From contig NC_000962.3 in NCBI RefSeq assembly GCF_000195955.2, positions 2,010,001 to 2,042,000 on the forward strand: 32,000 bases of DNA, in the 5' to 3' direction. This document shows positions 20,997 to 31,896 of the stretch, piece by piece (positions within the stretch are counted from its first letter, which is position 1; every line of letters starts with the position of its first letter). The notes beneath the pieces were generated by a model. It saw only the letters and a list, made by a program, of their open reading frames with translations. It did no database searches and had not been told where the DNA came from. This DNA comes from Mycobacterium tuberculosis H37Rv (GTDB lineage Bacteria > Actinomycetota > Actinomycetes > Mycobacteriales > Mycobacteriaceae). The position numbers and the translations under genes are program-made.

Positions 20997-21024
20997 GCAG
21001 CACACCAACCAGCCGGTGTGCTGC
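20997..21024 (+). terminator. Hairpin GCAGCACACC-aaccagcc-GGTGTGCTGC between esxN and espG5 (candidate attenuator, terminator or processing site)
   Basis: Perfect 10-bp stem with an 8-nt loop, starting 18 bp after the esxN stop. No U-tract follows, so it is not a canonical intrinsic terminator. Confidence 0.45.
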
Positions 21025-21065
21025 TGTGTCCTGCAGTTAACTAGCACTCGACCGCTGAGGTAGCG

Positions 21066-21968
21066 ATGGATCAACAGAGTACCCGCACCGACATCACCGT
21101 CAACGTCGACGGCTTCTGGATGCTTCAGGCGCTACTGGATATCCGCCACGTTGCGCCTGAGTTACGTTGCCGGCCGTACGTCTCCACCGATTCCAATGAC
21201 TGGCTAAACGAGCACCCGGGGATGGCGGTCATGCGCGAGCAGGGCATTGTCGTCAACGACGCGGTCAACGAACAGGTCGCTGCCCGGATGAAGGTGCTTG
21301 CCGCACCTGATCTTGAAGTCGTCGCCCTGCTGTCACGCGGCAAGTTGCTGTACGGGGTCATAGACGACGAGAACCAGCCGCCGGGTTCGCGTGACATCCC
21401 TGACAATGAGTTCCGGGTGGTGTTGGCCCGGCGAGGCCAGCACTGGGTGTCGGCGGTACGGGTTGGCAATGACATCACCGTCGATGACGTGACGGTCTCG
21501 GATAGCGCCTCGATCGCCGCACTGGTAATGGACGGTCTGGAGTCGATTCACCACGCCGACCCAGCCGCGATCAACGCGGTCAACGTGCCAATGGAGGAGA
21601 TGCTAGAGGCAACGAAGTCGTGGCAGGAATCGGGGTTTAACGTCTTCTCCGGCGGAGATCTGCGCCGAATGGGCATCAGTGCCGCGACGGTGGCCGCGCT
21701 GGGGCAGGCGTTGTCGGATCCCGCGGCCGAGGTCGCAGTGTATGCGCGACAGTACCGAGACGACGCCAAGGGCCCCAGCGCCTCGGTGTTGTCGCTGAAA
21801 GACGGCTCCGGTGGACGCATCGCGCTGTATCAGCAGGCGCGAACGGCAGGTTCCGGCGAGGCGTGGCTGGCTATCTGCCCGGCTACCCCGCAGTTGGTGC
21901 AAGTAGGAGTGAAGACCGTTTTGGATACACTGCCCTACGGCGAGTGGAAAACACACAGCAGAGTATGA
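21066..21968 (+). CDS. espG5: ESX-5 specificity chaperone EspG5
   Basis: 300 aa, MDQQSTRTDITVNVDGFWMLQALLDIRHVAPELRCRPY.... Positional and sequence recognition of the EspG family. Confidence 0.93.
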   Translation: MDQQSTRTDITVNVDGFWMLQALLDIRHVAPELRCRPYVSTDSNDWLNEHPGMAVMREQGIVVNDAVNEQVAARMKVLAAPDLEVVALLSRGKLLYGVIDDENQPPGSRDIPDNEFRVVLARRGQHWVSAVRVGNDITVDDVTVSDSASIAALVMDGLESIHHADPAAINAVNVPMEEMLEATKSWQESGFNVFSGGDLRRMGISAATVAALGQALSDPAAEVAVYARQYRDDAKGPSASVLSLKDGSGGRIALYQQARTAGSGEAWLAICPATPQLVQVGVKTVLDTLPYGEWKTHSRV

Positions 21969-22239
21969 CGCCAGGGCGTGAAACCCGAAGTACAACAACA
22001 AATTTGAGCATCAGATACAACCCAGATACGTACAGGGCAAATTGCTCTAGAATCGACTGCAATACTGCAAGGCAAGGTCAACCACAACGATTTGGTCGCG
22101 AGGCAAGGCAAATGAAATCGGAGTTAGTCGAGCCGCAGCTCCCGGTGGGCTACCGCGCCTCGGTGCCTACACCGACGGAGCTCCCCGCGCCACTGAAGCC
22201 ACGGTGTAACACGTTTGCCATGGCAGGGGGTACAGGACG

Positions 22240-23751
22240 ATGACCGCAGTAGCTGACGCACCTCAGGCTGACATTGAGGGTGTGGCATCGCCCCAGGCTG
22301 TCGTCGTGGGCGTCATGGCCGGCGAAGGCGTCCAGATCGGCGTCCTGCTGGATGCCAACGCCCCAGTTTCGGTGATGACCGACCCGCTGCTGAAAGTGGT
22401 TAATAGTCGGCTCAGAGAGCTCGGTGAGGCTCCACTGGAAGCCACTGGACGCGGCCGATGGGCGCTGTGTCTGGTGGACGGCGCGCCGTTGCGTGCTACC
22501 CAGTCGCTGACCGAACAAGACGTCTATGACGGCGACCGGCTGTGGATTCGGTTCATCGCAGACACCGAACGTCGCTCCCAAGTCATCGAACATATCTCCA
22601 CCGCAGTCGCCTCGGATCTCAGCAAGCGGTTCGCCAGGATCGACCCGATCGTTGCTGTGCAGGTCGGGGCGTCGATGGTGGCGACCGGGGTTGTTCTTGC
22701 CACCGGGGTGCTCGGCTGGTGGCGCTGGCATCACAACACCTGGTTGACCACCATCTACACCGCGGTGATTGGTGTGCTGGTGCTGGCGGTCGCCATGTTG
22801 CTGTTGATGCGTGCCAAGACGGACGCGGATCGACGCGTCGCCGACATCATGCTGATGAGCGCGATCATGCCCGTGACGGTGGCGGCGGCAGCGGCCCCGC
22901 CCGGCCCGGTGGGCTCCCCGCAGGCCGTGTTGGGCTTCGGAGTGCTGACCGTCGCTGCGGCCCTGGCCCTGCGGTTCACCGGTCGCCGCCTGGGGATTTA
23001 CACCACAATCGTCATCATCGGTGCGCTGACAATGCTTGCAGCCTTGGCGCGGATGGTCGCGGCCACAAGCGCGGTGACGCTGTTGTCGTCCTTGTTGTTG
23101 ATTTGCGTAGTGGCCTACCACGCGGCGCCGGCACTGTCTCGGCGGCTGGCCGGCATCCGACTGCCGGTGTTCCCGTCCGCCACCAGCCGGTGGGTCTTCG
23201 AGGCTCGGCCCGACCTACCGACCACCGTGGTGGTGTCCGGTGGCAGCGCACCGGTCTTGGAAGGGCCGTCATCGGTGCGTGATGTGCTGCTGCAAGCTGA
23301 GCGCGCTCGGTCGTTCTTGAGCGGCCTGCTAACGGGACTTGGCGTGATGGTGGTGGTGTGCATGACATCGTTGTGCGACCCGCACACCGGGCAACGTTGG
23401 CTGCCGCTGATACTGGCCGGATTTACCTCGGGCTTCCTGCTGTTGCGGGGCCGCTCCTACGTCGACCGTTGGCAGTCGATTACCCTGGCCGGAACTGCGG
23501 TGATCATCGCTGCTGCGGTGTGTGTGCGGTACGCGCTGGAATTGTCCTCGCCGTTGGCTGTGTCCATTGTCGCCGCGATCCTGGTGCTGCTGCCGGCGGC
23601 GGGCATGGCAGCTGCTGCACATGTGCCCCACACCATCTACAGTCCGCTATTCCGCAAGTTTGTGGAATGGATTGAATACCTCTGCCTGATGCCGATCTTC
23701 CCGCTGGCGTTGTGGTTGATGAACGTCTATGCAGCGATTCGGTACCGGTAG
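22240..23751 (+). CDS. eccD5: ESX-5 integral membrane channel component EccD5
   Basis: 503 aa with an N-terminal ubiquitin-like domain followed by many hydrophobic transmembrane segments. It precedes the mycosin gene. Confidence 0.95.
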   Translation: MTAVADAPQADIEGVASPQAVVVGVMAGEGVQIGVLLDANAPVSVMTDPLLKVVNSRLRELGEAPLEATGRGRWALCLVDGAPLRATQSLTEQDVYDGDRLWIRFIADTERRSQVIEHISTAVASDLSKRFARIDPIVAVQVGASMVATGVVLATGVLGWWRWHHNTWLTTIYTAVIGVLVLAVAMLLLMRAKTDADRRVADIMLMSAIMPVTVAAAAAPPGPVGSPQAVLGFGVLTVAAALALRFTGRRLGIYTTIVIIGALTMLAALARMVAATSAVTLLSSLLLICVVAYHAAPALSRRLAGIRLPVFPSATSRWVFEARPDLPTTVVVSGGSAPVLEGPSSVRDVLLQAERARSFLSGLLTGLGVMVVVCMTSLCDPHTGQRWLPLILAGFTSGFLLLRGRSYVDRWQSITLAGTAVIIAAAVCVRYALELSSPLAVSIVAAILVLLPAAGMAAAAHVPHTIYSPLFRKFVEWIEYLCLMPIFPLALWLMNVYAAIRYR

Positions 23752-25486
23752 CAGCAGGTCGTGGTGTGGTCGCGCGGGTACCGCGACCATTGCCGCAGTC
23801 TTGCTAGCTTCGGGCGCGCTGACCGGCCTTCCGCCAGCGTATGCAATTTCGCCTCCGACGATCGATCCGGGCGCGCTGCCACCCGACGGGCCGCCCGGAC
23901 CGCTGGCGCCCATGAAGCAGAACGCCTACTGCACCGAGGTCGGGGTCTTGCCCGGCACCGACTTTCAGCTGCAGCCAAAATATATGGAGATGCTGAACCT
24001 GAACGAGGCTTGGCAGTTCGGCCGCGGCGACGGTGTGAAGGTCGCTGTCATCGACACGGGTGTGACTCCACATCCCCGGTTGCCGCGTCTGATCCCTGGC
24101 GGCGACTACGTGATGGCCGGTGGCGACGGTCTGTCGGACTGCGACGCCCACGGCACCCTGGTGGCGTCGATGATCGCGGCGGTTCCGGCGAACGGGGCGG
24201 TACCGCTGCCGTCGGTACCGCGCAGGCCGGTCACCATTCCCACGACCGAAACGCCGCCGCCGCCACAGACGGTGACCCTTTCACCGGTACCGCCGCAGAC
24301 CGTGACCGTGATTCCGGCTCCACCTCCCGAGGAAGGAGTTCCGCCGGGCGCACCGGTGCCAGGACCGGAGCCGCCGCCGGCTCCTGGTCCACAGCCGCCG
24401 GCCGTGGACCGCGGTGGCGGCACGGTGACAGTACCCAGCTACTCCGGGGGCCGCAAGATAGCCCCGATCGACAACCCGCGTAATCCGCACCCGAGTGCGC
24501 CATCGCCAGCGCTGGGACCACCGCCGGACGCGTTCAGTGGGATCGCCCCCGGTGTCGAGATAATCTCCATCCGCCAGTCAAGCCAGGCCTTCGGCCTTAA
24601 GGACCCTTACACTGGGGACGAAGACCCGCAGACGGCGCAAAAGATCGACAACGTCGAGACAATGGCGCGCGCGATCGTGCATGCTGCCAACATGGGTGCT
24701 TCGGTGATCAATATCTCCGATGTGATGTGCATGAGTGCTCGTAATGTCATCGACCAGCGTGCACTGGGTGCCGCGGTGCACTACGCCGCGGTCGACAAGG
24801 ACGCGGTCATCGTGGCTGCAGCGGGCGACGGCAGCAAGAAGGACTGTAAGCAGAACCCGATTTTTGATCCCTTGCAGCCCGACGATCCACGCGCTTGGAA
24901 CGCGGTCACCACGGTGGTGACACCCTCGTGGTTCCACGACTACGTCCTGACGGTCGGAGCGGTTGACGCCAACGGTCAACCGCTCAGCAAAATGAGTATC
25001 GCGGGACCCTGGGTCTCCATTTCGGCGCCGGGAACCGACGTCGTCGGACTCTCGCCCCGTGACGACGGCCTGATCAATGCGATTGACGGCCCGGATAATT
25101 CGTTGCTGGTTCCGGCTGGCACCAGTTTTTCCGCCGCGATCGTGTCCGGGGTGGCTGCGCTGGTACGTGCTAAGTTCCCCGAATTGTCGGCGTACCAAAT
25201 CATCAATCGGCTGATTCATACCGCCCGGCCACCCGCTCGCGGCGTCGACAACCAGGTCGGCTACGGTGTGGTCGACCCAGTGGCAGCACTGACTTGGGAT
25301 GTGCCCAAAGGCCCGGCCGAGCCGCCCAAGCAGCTGTCAGCGCCGTTGGTGGTGCCGCAGCCGCCCGCCCCCCGCGATATGGTGCCGATATGGGTGGCCG
25401 CCGGGGGATTGGCCGGGGCACTATTGATAGGCGGTGCGGTGTTCGGTACCGCGACCTTGATGCGGCGATCACGGAAGCAGCAATGA
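23729..25486 (+). CDS. mycP5: ESX-5 subtilisin-like membrane-anchored serine protease (mycosin) MycP5
   Basis: 585 aa. Signal peptide ([21 protein letters not shown]), catalytic Asp (VAVIDTGV), His ([10 protein letters not shown]) and Ser ([11 protein letters not shown]), and a C-terminal transmembrane anchor. Overlaps eccD5 by 23 bp. Confidence 0.96.
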
Positions 25487-26703
25487 AGGCTCAGCGCAGC
25501 TTCGGGTTGGCGTTGTCGTGGCCGCGGGTGACCGCGGTGTTTCTGGTGGATGTCCTGATCTTGGCGGTGGCCAGTCATTGCCCGGATTCCTGGCAGGCCG
25601 ATCATCATGTGGCGTGGTGGGTCGGCGTCGGCGTGGCGGCCGTAGTGACGTTACTGTCGGTGGTCAGTTACCACGGCATCACGGTGATTTCGGGTTTGGC
25701 GACGTGGGTGCGGGATTGGTCGGCGGATCCGGGCACGACACTGGGTGCGGGGTGCACTCCGGCAATCGACCACCAGCGCCGTTTTGGGCGTGACACGGTA
25801 GGGGTGCGTGAGTATAACGGCCGGCTGGTCTCGGTGATCGAGGTCACCTGCGGTGAGAGCGGCCCGTCGGGTCGGCATTGGCACCGGAAATCGCCGGTAC
25901 CCATGTTGCCGGTGGTCGCGGTCGCCGATGGTTTGCGCCAGTTCGACATTCACCTCGATGGCATCGACATCGTGTCGGTGCTGGTGCGGGGCGGGGTTGA
26001 TGCTGCTAAAGCTTCGGCCTCGCTGCAGGAGTGGGAGCCGCAGGGCTGGAAATCCGAAGAACGAGCCGGTGATCGCACTGTCGCCGATCGGCGCCGCACC
26101 TGGTTGGTGTTACGGATGAATCCGCAGCGAAATGTGGCTGCGGTGGCGTGTCGTGACTCGTTGGCGTCGACGCTGGTGGCAGCCACCGAGCGGTTGGTCC
26201 AGGATCTGGATGGGCAAAGTTGTGCGGCCCGGCCGGTGACGGCCGATGAGCTGACCGAGGTCGACAGCGCCGTGTTGGCTGACTTGGAACCGACATGGAG
26301 TCGCCCCGGTTGGCGTCACCTCAAGCATTTCAATGGTTATGCGACCAGTTTTTGGGTTACGCCGTCAGACATCACGTCGGAGACCTTGGATGAGCTGTGT
26401 CTGCCAGATAGCCCCGAAGTCGGGACGACCGTGGTCACGGTGCGTCTGACCACTCGGGTCGGGTCGCCCGCGCTATCGGCATGGGTGCGTTATCACAGCG
26501 ACACGCGCCTGCCCAAGGAGGTAGCGGCCGGACTCAACCGGCTCACCGGTCGCCAGTTGGCCGCGGTGCGTGCCAGCCTGCCGGCCCCGACGCACCGTCC
26601 ACTCCTGGTCATCCCCAGTCGGAACCTGCGTGACCACGACGAGCTCGTGCTGCCGGTGGGCCAGGAACTCGAGCACGCGACAAGCTCGTTTGTGGGGCAA
26701 TGA
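25483..26703 (+). CDS. eccE5: ESX-5 membrane component EccE5
   Basis: 406 aa from ATG in the ATGA overlap with mycP5: [32 protein letters not shown].... Two N-terminal transmembrane segments. Confidence 0.94.
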
Positions 26704-28532
26704 CACGCCCGCAGGCCGCCGCCGAAGATGCCCGCAACGCCATGGTCGCCGGTCTGCTGGCATCGGGGATCTCCGTCAATGGACTGCAGCCCAGCCATAA
26801 CCCGCAGGTGGCCGCCCAAATGTTCACCACGGCGACCAGGCTGGATCCCAAGATGTGTGATGCCTGGCTGGCTCGGCTGCTGGCCGGCGACCAGAGCATC
26901 GAAGTGCTCGCCGGCGCATGGGCTGCGGTGCGGACTTTCGGCTGGGAAACCCGCCGCCTCGGCGTGACGGATCTGCAGTTCCGCCCCGAGGTGTCCGACG
27001 GGCTATTCCTGCGACTGGCGATTACCAGCGTAGATTCGCTGGCCTGCGCTTACGCGGCGGTCCTCGCCGAGGCCAAGCGTTACCAGGAGGCGGCAGAGCT
27101 GCTCGACGCCACCGATCCTCGCCATCCGTTCGACGCCGAGCTGGTGAGTTACGTGCGGGGCGTGCTGTACTTCCGCACCAAACGCTGGCCTGACGTTCTT
27201 GCGCAGTTCCCCGAGGCAACGCAGTGGCGTCACCCCGAGCTAAAGGCCGCGGGGGCGGCGATGGCCACCACGGCGCTGGCGTCGCTCGGGGTGTTCGAAG
27301 AGGCCTTTCGGCGCGCTCAGGAAGCAATCGAAGGTGACCGGGTGCCGGGCGCGGCTAACATCGCCTTGTACACCCAAGGCATGTGCCTGCGGCACGTCGG
27401 CCGTGAGGAGGAAGCTGTCGAACTCCTGCGCCGCGTGTATTCGCGCGATGCGAAGTTCACCCCGGCCCGCGAGGCGCTGGATAACCCCAACTTTCGGCTG
27501 ATCCTCACCGACCCGGAAACGATTGAGGCGCGCACAGATCCGTGGGATCCGGACAGTGCGCCAACCCGCGCTCAGACCGAGGCCGCCCGCCATGCCGAGA
27601 TGGCCGCGAAGTACTTGGCCGAAGGGGATGCCGAGCTCAACGCGATGCTTGGCATGGAGCAGGCCAAGAAGGAGATCAAGCTCATCAAGTCGACGACGAA
27701 GGTGAATTTAGCGCGTGCCAAGATGGGGCTTCCGGTCCCGGTTACGTCGCGCCACACCTTGTTGCTCGGGCCGCCCGGTACCGGGAAGACTTCGGTCGCA
27801 AGGGCTTTCACCAAGCAGCTGTGCGGGTTGACAGTGCTGCGCAAGCCGCTGGTGGTGGAGACCAGCCGCACCAAGCTGTTGGGCCGGTACATGGCCGACG
27901 CCGAGAAGAACACCGAGGAGATGCTCGAAGGGGCGTTGGGCGGTGCGGTCTTCTTTGACGAGATGCACACTCTGCATGAGAAGGGCTACTCCCAGGGCGA
28001 CCCGTACGGTAACGCGATCATCAACACGCTGCTGTTGTACATGGAAAATCACCGTGACGAGCTGGTGGTGTTTGGTGCGGGTTACGCCAAAGCGATGGAG
28101 AAAATGCTCGAGGTGAATCAGGGTCTGCGCCGGCGCTTTTCGACGGTGATCGAGTTCTTCAGCTACACCCCGCAGGAGCTGATCGCACTGACCCAGCTGA
28201 TGGGTCGGGAGAACGAAGACGTGATCACTGAGGAAGAGTCTCAAGTGTTGTTGCCGTCGTATACCAAGTTCTACATGGAGCAGAGCTACTCCGAGGACGG
28301 CGACCTGATCCGCGGGATCGATCTGTTGGGCAATGCCGGCTTTGTGCGCAACGTGGTGGAGAAGGCCCGCGACCACCGTAGTTTCCGTTTGGACGATGAG
28401 GATCTCGACGCCGTACTGGCCAGCGATCTCACCGAATTCAGCGAGGATCAGCTGCGCCGATTCAAGGAGTTGACTCGCGAGGACCTGGCCGAAGGGCTGC
28501 GCGCTGCGGTCGCGGAGAAGAAGACGAAGTAG
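26700..28532 (+). CDS. eccA5: ESX-5 cytosolic AAA+ ATPase EccA5 (CbxX/CfqX type)
   Basis: 610 aa with N-terminal TPR-like repeats, Walker [17 protein letters not shown] and Walker B-like [14 protein letters not shown] overlap with eccE5. Confidence 0.96.
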
Positions 28533-28721
28533 GCACTCTTTTCGTCGGTGTCACTGGCTACTTTGACCTGAACAGTCGGCGGTGGGTGAGTGGTCTGTGG
28601 TTGGCGAATGAGGCGGGGCGGGGCGGAGACTGGTCCAGATGGTGTCCGTGCACGCGGGGGAGGGTGTGGTGTTCAGCCGCTCAGGGCGGGGTACGTGCCG
28701 TCTCAATCCGTGCTGTGTCCA

Positions 28722-28734
28722 AATTGTTTACAAT
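28722..28734. promoter_or_regulatory. Palindrome AATTGT-T-ACAATT in an AT-rich island downstream of eccA5
   Basis: Perfect 6-1-6 inverted repeat in locally AT-rich sequence within the 28533-29094 intergenic region. Confidence 0.25.
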
Positions 28735-28774
28735 TAACGGTGGTGCCACACCTTAAATTCCAAATGTAAATATA

Positions 28775-28790
28775 TTTGACGTCGGTCAAA
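28775..28790. promoter_or_regulatory. Palindrome TTTGAC-GTCG-GTCAAA in the same AT-rich island
   Basis: Perfect 6-4-6 inverted repeat immediately after the AT-rich tract aatgtaaatata. Confidence 0.25.
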
Positions 28791-29094
28791 AATCCCACGT
28801 TTGGCACAAGTATCGGTGGCGCGTTGCCAAGTCATTAGGCAATCGAGCGGACTCCCGGGCATGGAAATGCGTGTCTTTCGTTTGTGGGTGTCCGGTATCC
28901 AGACAGCATCGCTTGCGCCTCGACTACAGGTTTGCTACTAAAATTCCTATGCGCCATAGTGATTGAGAAGGGCCACGCCCCCTTCGTGTGACGCACGGCG
29001 GGCGACGGCGGCGCCGTGCCCGGCATTGGTTGGGTGTCAATGAGGCTTCAAGGATATCTACCAAATTTCCCAGAAATATTTCACGGAGGCCGCA

Positions 29095-29175
29095 ATGGAG
29101 CTAGCATTTAATCGGCGTACGGTCAGGCCAATATATCGAAACATGAGAGGAATGATCGATGAGCGTCAAGAGTAA
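29095..29175 (+). CDS. Candidate leader peptide of 26 aa overlapping the lppT start
   Basis: MELAFNRRTVRPIYRNMRGMIDERQE*. GGAGG at 29085-29089 lies 5 nt before the ATG. It overlaps lppT by 17 nt in a different frame. Confidence 0.35.
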   Translation: MELAFNRRTVRPIYRNMRGMIDERQE

Positions 29176-29350
29176 GAACGGTCGTCTCGCCGCTCGGGTA
29201 CTGGTGGCACTGGCGGCCCTGTTTGCGATGATCGCGCTGACGGGCTCAGCATGTCTGGCAGAGGGTCCCCCGCTTGGCCGCAACCCTCAGGGGGCACCGG
29301 CTCCGGTGGGTGGCACTGTGATCGTCGCGCCGATGCACAGCGGCGTCTGA
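29159..29350 (+). CDS. lppT: Small putative lipoprotein or exported peptide LppT (63 aa)
   Basis: MSVKSKNGRLAARVLVALAALFAMIALTGSACLAEGPPLG...: n-region, h-region and a Cys. The lipobox (GSAC) is weak. Confidence 0.7.
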   Translation: MSVKSKNGRLAARVLVALAALFAMIALTGSACLAEGPPLGRNPQGAPAPVGGTVIVAPMHSGV

Positions 29351-29452
29351 CCGCCCCGTTCGGGATCTGTACGCACTTTCATCCGACTGCGCGGTTGTTT
29401 GTTAGCGCATCGGATGAAAGTGTGCCGTCTCGGCTGAGGAAGGACCGTCGCG

Positions 29453-31420
29453 ATGCTGCCGAATTTCGCGGTGCTGCCCCCCGAGGTCAATTCGGCGAGG
29501 GTGTTCGCCGGTGCGGGGTCGGCGCCGATGTTAGCGGCAGCGGCCGCCTGGGATGATCTAGCCTCCGAGCTGCATTGTGCTGCAATGTCATTCGGGTCGG
29601 TTACGTCGGGATTGGTGGTTGGGTGGTGGCAGGGATCGGCGTCGGCGGCGATGGTGGACGCAGCCGCGTCGTACATCGGGTGGCTGAGCACGTCGGCTGC
29701 CCACGCCGAGGGCGCGGCCGGTCTGGCTCGGGCCGCGGTATCGGTGTTCGAGGAGGCGCTGGCCGCGACGGTGCATCCGGCGATGGTTGCGGCAAATCGC
29801 GCCCAGGTGGCGTCGCTGGTAGCGTCGAACTTGTTTGGGCAGAACGCGCCTGCGATCGCCGCGCTCGAATCCTTGTATGAGTGTATGTGGGCCCAGGATG
29901 CAGCGGCCATGGCGGGTTATTACGTTGGGGCTTCGGCGGTGGCCACACAGTTGGCATCGTGGCTGCAACGGCTACAGAGCATCCCCGGCGCCGCCAGTCT
30001 TGATGCCCGTCTGCCGAGCTCGGCCGAGGCACCGATGGGAGTCGTCCGCGCGGTCAACAGCGCGATCGCCGCCAATGCGGCTGCGGCACAAACCGTTGGC
30101 CTGGTCATGGGAGGCAGCGGCACGCCAATACCGTCGGCCAGATATGTCGAGCTCGCGAACGCGCTGTACATGAGTGGCAGCGTCCCGGGTGTTATCGCGC
30201 AGGCGCTCTTCACGCCCCAAGGGCTCTACCCGGTGGTCGTGATCAAGAACCTCACTTTCGATTCCTCGGTGGCGCAGGGTGCCGTCATTCTCGAAAGTGC
30301 GATTCGGCAGCAAATTGCCGCCGGCAACAACGTCACCGTCTTCGGCTACTCGCAGAGCGCCACGATCTCGTCACTAGTGATGGCCAATCTTGCGGCTTCG
30401 GCCGACCCGCCGTCTCCAGACGAGCTTTCCTTCACGCTGATCGGCAATCCCAACAACCCCAATGGCGGGGTTGCCACCAGGTTCCCGGGGATCTCCTTTC
30501 CAAGCTTGGGCGTGACGGCCACCGGGGCCACTCCGCACAATCTGTACCCGACCAAGATCTACACCATCGAATACGACGGCGTCGCCGACTTTCCGCGGTA
30601 CCCGCTCAACTTTGTGTCGACCCTCAACGCCATTGCCGGCACCTACTACGTGCACTCCAACTACTTCATCCTGACGCCGGAACAAATTGACGCAGCGGTT
30701 CCGCTGACCAATACGGTCGGTCCCACGATGACCCAGTACTACATCATTCGCACGGAGAACCTGCCGCTGCTAGAGCCACTGCGATCGGTGCCGATCGTGG
30801 GGAACCCACTGGCGAACCTGGTTCAACCAAACTTGAAGGTGATTGTTAACCTGGGCTACGGCGACCCGGCCTATGGTTATTCGACCTCGCCGCCCAATGT
30901 TGCGACTCCGTTCGGGTTGTTCCCAGAGGTCAGCCCGGTCGTCATCGCCGACGCTCTCGTCGCCGGGACCCAGCAGGGAATCGGCGATTTCGCCTACGAC
31001 GTCAGCCACCTCGAACTGCCGTTGCCGGCAGACGGGTCGACGATGCCAAGCACCGCACCGGGCTCGGGTACGCCGGTCCCCCCGCTCTCGATCGACAGCC
31101 TGATAGACGACCTGCAGGTGGCTAACCGCAACCTCGCCAACACGATTTCGAAGGTGGCCGCGACGAGCTACGCGACGGTGCTCCCAACCGCCGACATCGC
31201 CAATGCGGCGTTGACGATCGTGCCGTCGTACAACATCCACCTTTTTTTGGAGGGCATCCAGCAAGCGCTCAAGGGCGACCCGATGGGACTCGTCAACGCG
31301 GTCGGATACCCACTCGCGGCCGACGTGGCACTGTTCACGGCCGCAGGCGGTCTTCAGCTCTTGATCATCATCAGCGCGGGCCGAACGATTGCCAATGACA
31401 TCTCGGCCATTGTCCCCTGA
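29453..31420 (+). CDS. PPE28: PPE family protein PPE28 with a C-terminal PE-PPE (alpha/beta hydrolase-type) domain
   Basis: 655 aa with N-terminal PPE domain [26 protein letters not shown].... The C-terminal half carries the nucleophile motif [12 protein letters not shown], a downstream Asp (YDGVADFP) and a His (YVHSNYF). Confidence 0.92.
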   Translation: MLPNFAVLPPEVNSARVFAGAGSAPMLAAAAAWDDLASELHCAAMSFGSVTSGLVVGWWQGSASAAMVDAAASYIGWLSTSAAHAEGAAGLARAAVSVFEEALAATVHPAMVAANRAQVASLVASNLFGQNAPAIAALESLYECMWAQDAAAMAGYYVGASAVATQLASWLQRLQSIPGAASLDARLPSSAEAPMGVVRAVNSAIAANAAAAQTVGLVMGGSGTPIPSARYVELANALYMSGSVPGVIAQALFTPQGLYPVVVIKNLTFDSSVAQGAVILESAIRQQIAAGNNVTVFGYSQSATISSLVMANLAASADPPSPDELSFTLIGNPNNPNGGVATRFPGISFPSLGVTATGATPHNLYPTKIYTIEYDGVADFPRYPLNFVSTLNAIAGTYYVHSNYFILTPEQIDAAVPLTNTVGPTMTQYYIIRTENLPLLEPLRSVPIVGNPLANLVQPNLKVIVNLGYGDPAYGYSTSPPNVATPFGLFPEVSPVVIADALVAGTQQGIGDFAYDVSHLELPLPADGSTMPSTAPGSGTPVPPLSIDSLIDDLQVANRNLANTISKVAATSYATVLPTADIANAALTIVPSYNIHLFLEGIQQALKGDPMGLVNAVGYPLAADVALFTAAGGLQLLIIISAGRTIANDISAIVP

Positions 31421-31864
31421 TCGTGTTTTGCGTGAACTTTAAAGCGTTGTGCTGAGGTATGTTCCGCTCGCGTGTGGGGCGGCCCGCGCGACCACCTATG
31501 CATGAGCGCCAATGGTCGAGACAACTACCTGCGCGGTCATCGGGCGGCCACCCAGAGGGCATGGTTCTCGGGCTGCTACTGGCTCGCGTGCTTCCATCGA
31601 GCGTGAATACATGCCGCCAAATCGGCAGTCGGCGCCGCTGGCGTGCCGCTAGCTGATCACAAAGCGCCGATACCGATGCGGCTGGCCATAGCAATGCCAA
31701 TGTTGGCGAATAGATCTCACGCGCGGCCCAAGCCAACAGCGAGGTGATGGTGATCATTCTTTACGTTGCGATTACCTCGCCGGAACGTGACACGAGCAAT
31801 ACTCGCCAACCATGATCGCCAGATATTTGGAACGGGTTTGGGTCCAGCGGCCGCCAAAAACCGA

Positions 31865-31896
31865 CTCGCCGCCGTCCCTGACAACTCAGCGGCGAG
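31865..31896. repeat. Inverted repeat CTCGCCGC-(16 nt)-GCGGCGAG in the terminal intergenic region
   Basis: Perfect 8-bp arms 445 bp downstream of PPE28. Confidence 0.3.

Noticed and set aside
22542-23282. 246-codon alternative-frame ORF inside eccD5 (similarly 23761..24483 inside mycP5)
   Set aside because: These are shadow frames within well-supported conserved genes, Arg/His/Gly-rich and typical of GC-rich third-frame artefacts.
25294-25482. 63-codon N-terminal extension of eccE5
   Set aside because: It lies inside mycP5 in another frame. The ATGA overlap start at 25483 fits the operon and gives a proper transmembrane N-terminus.
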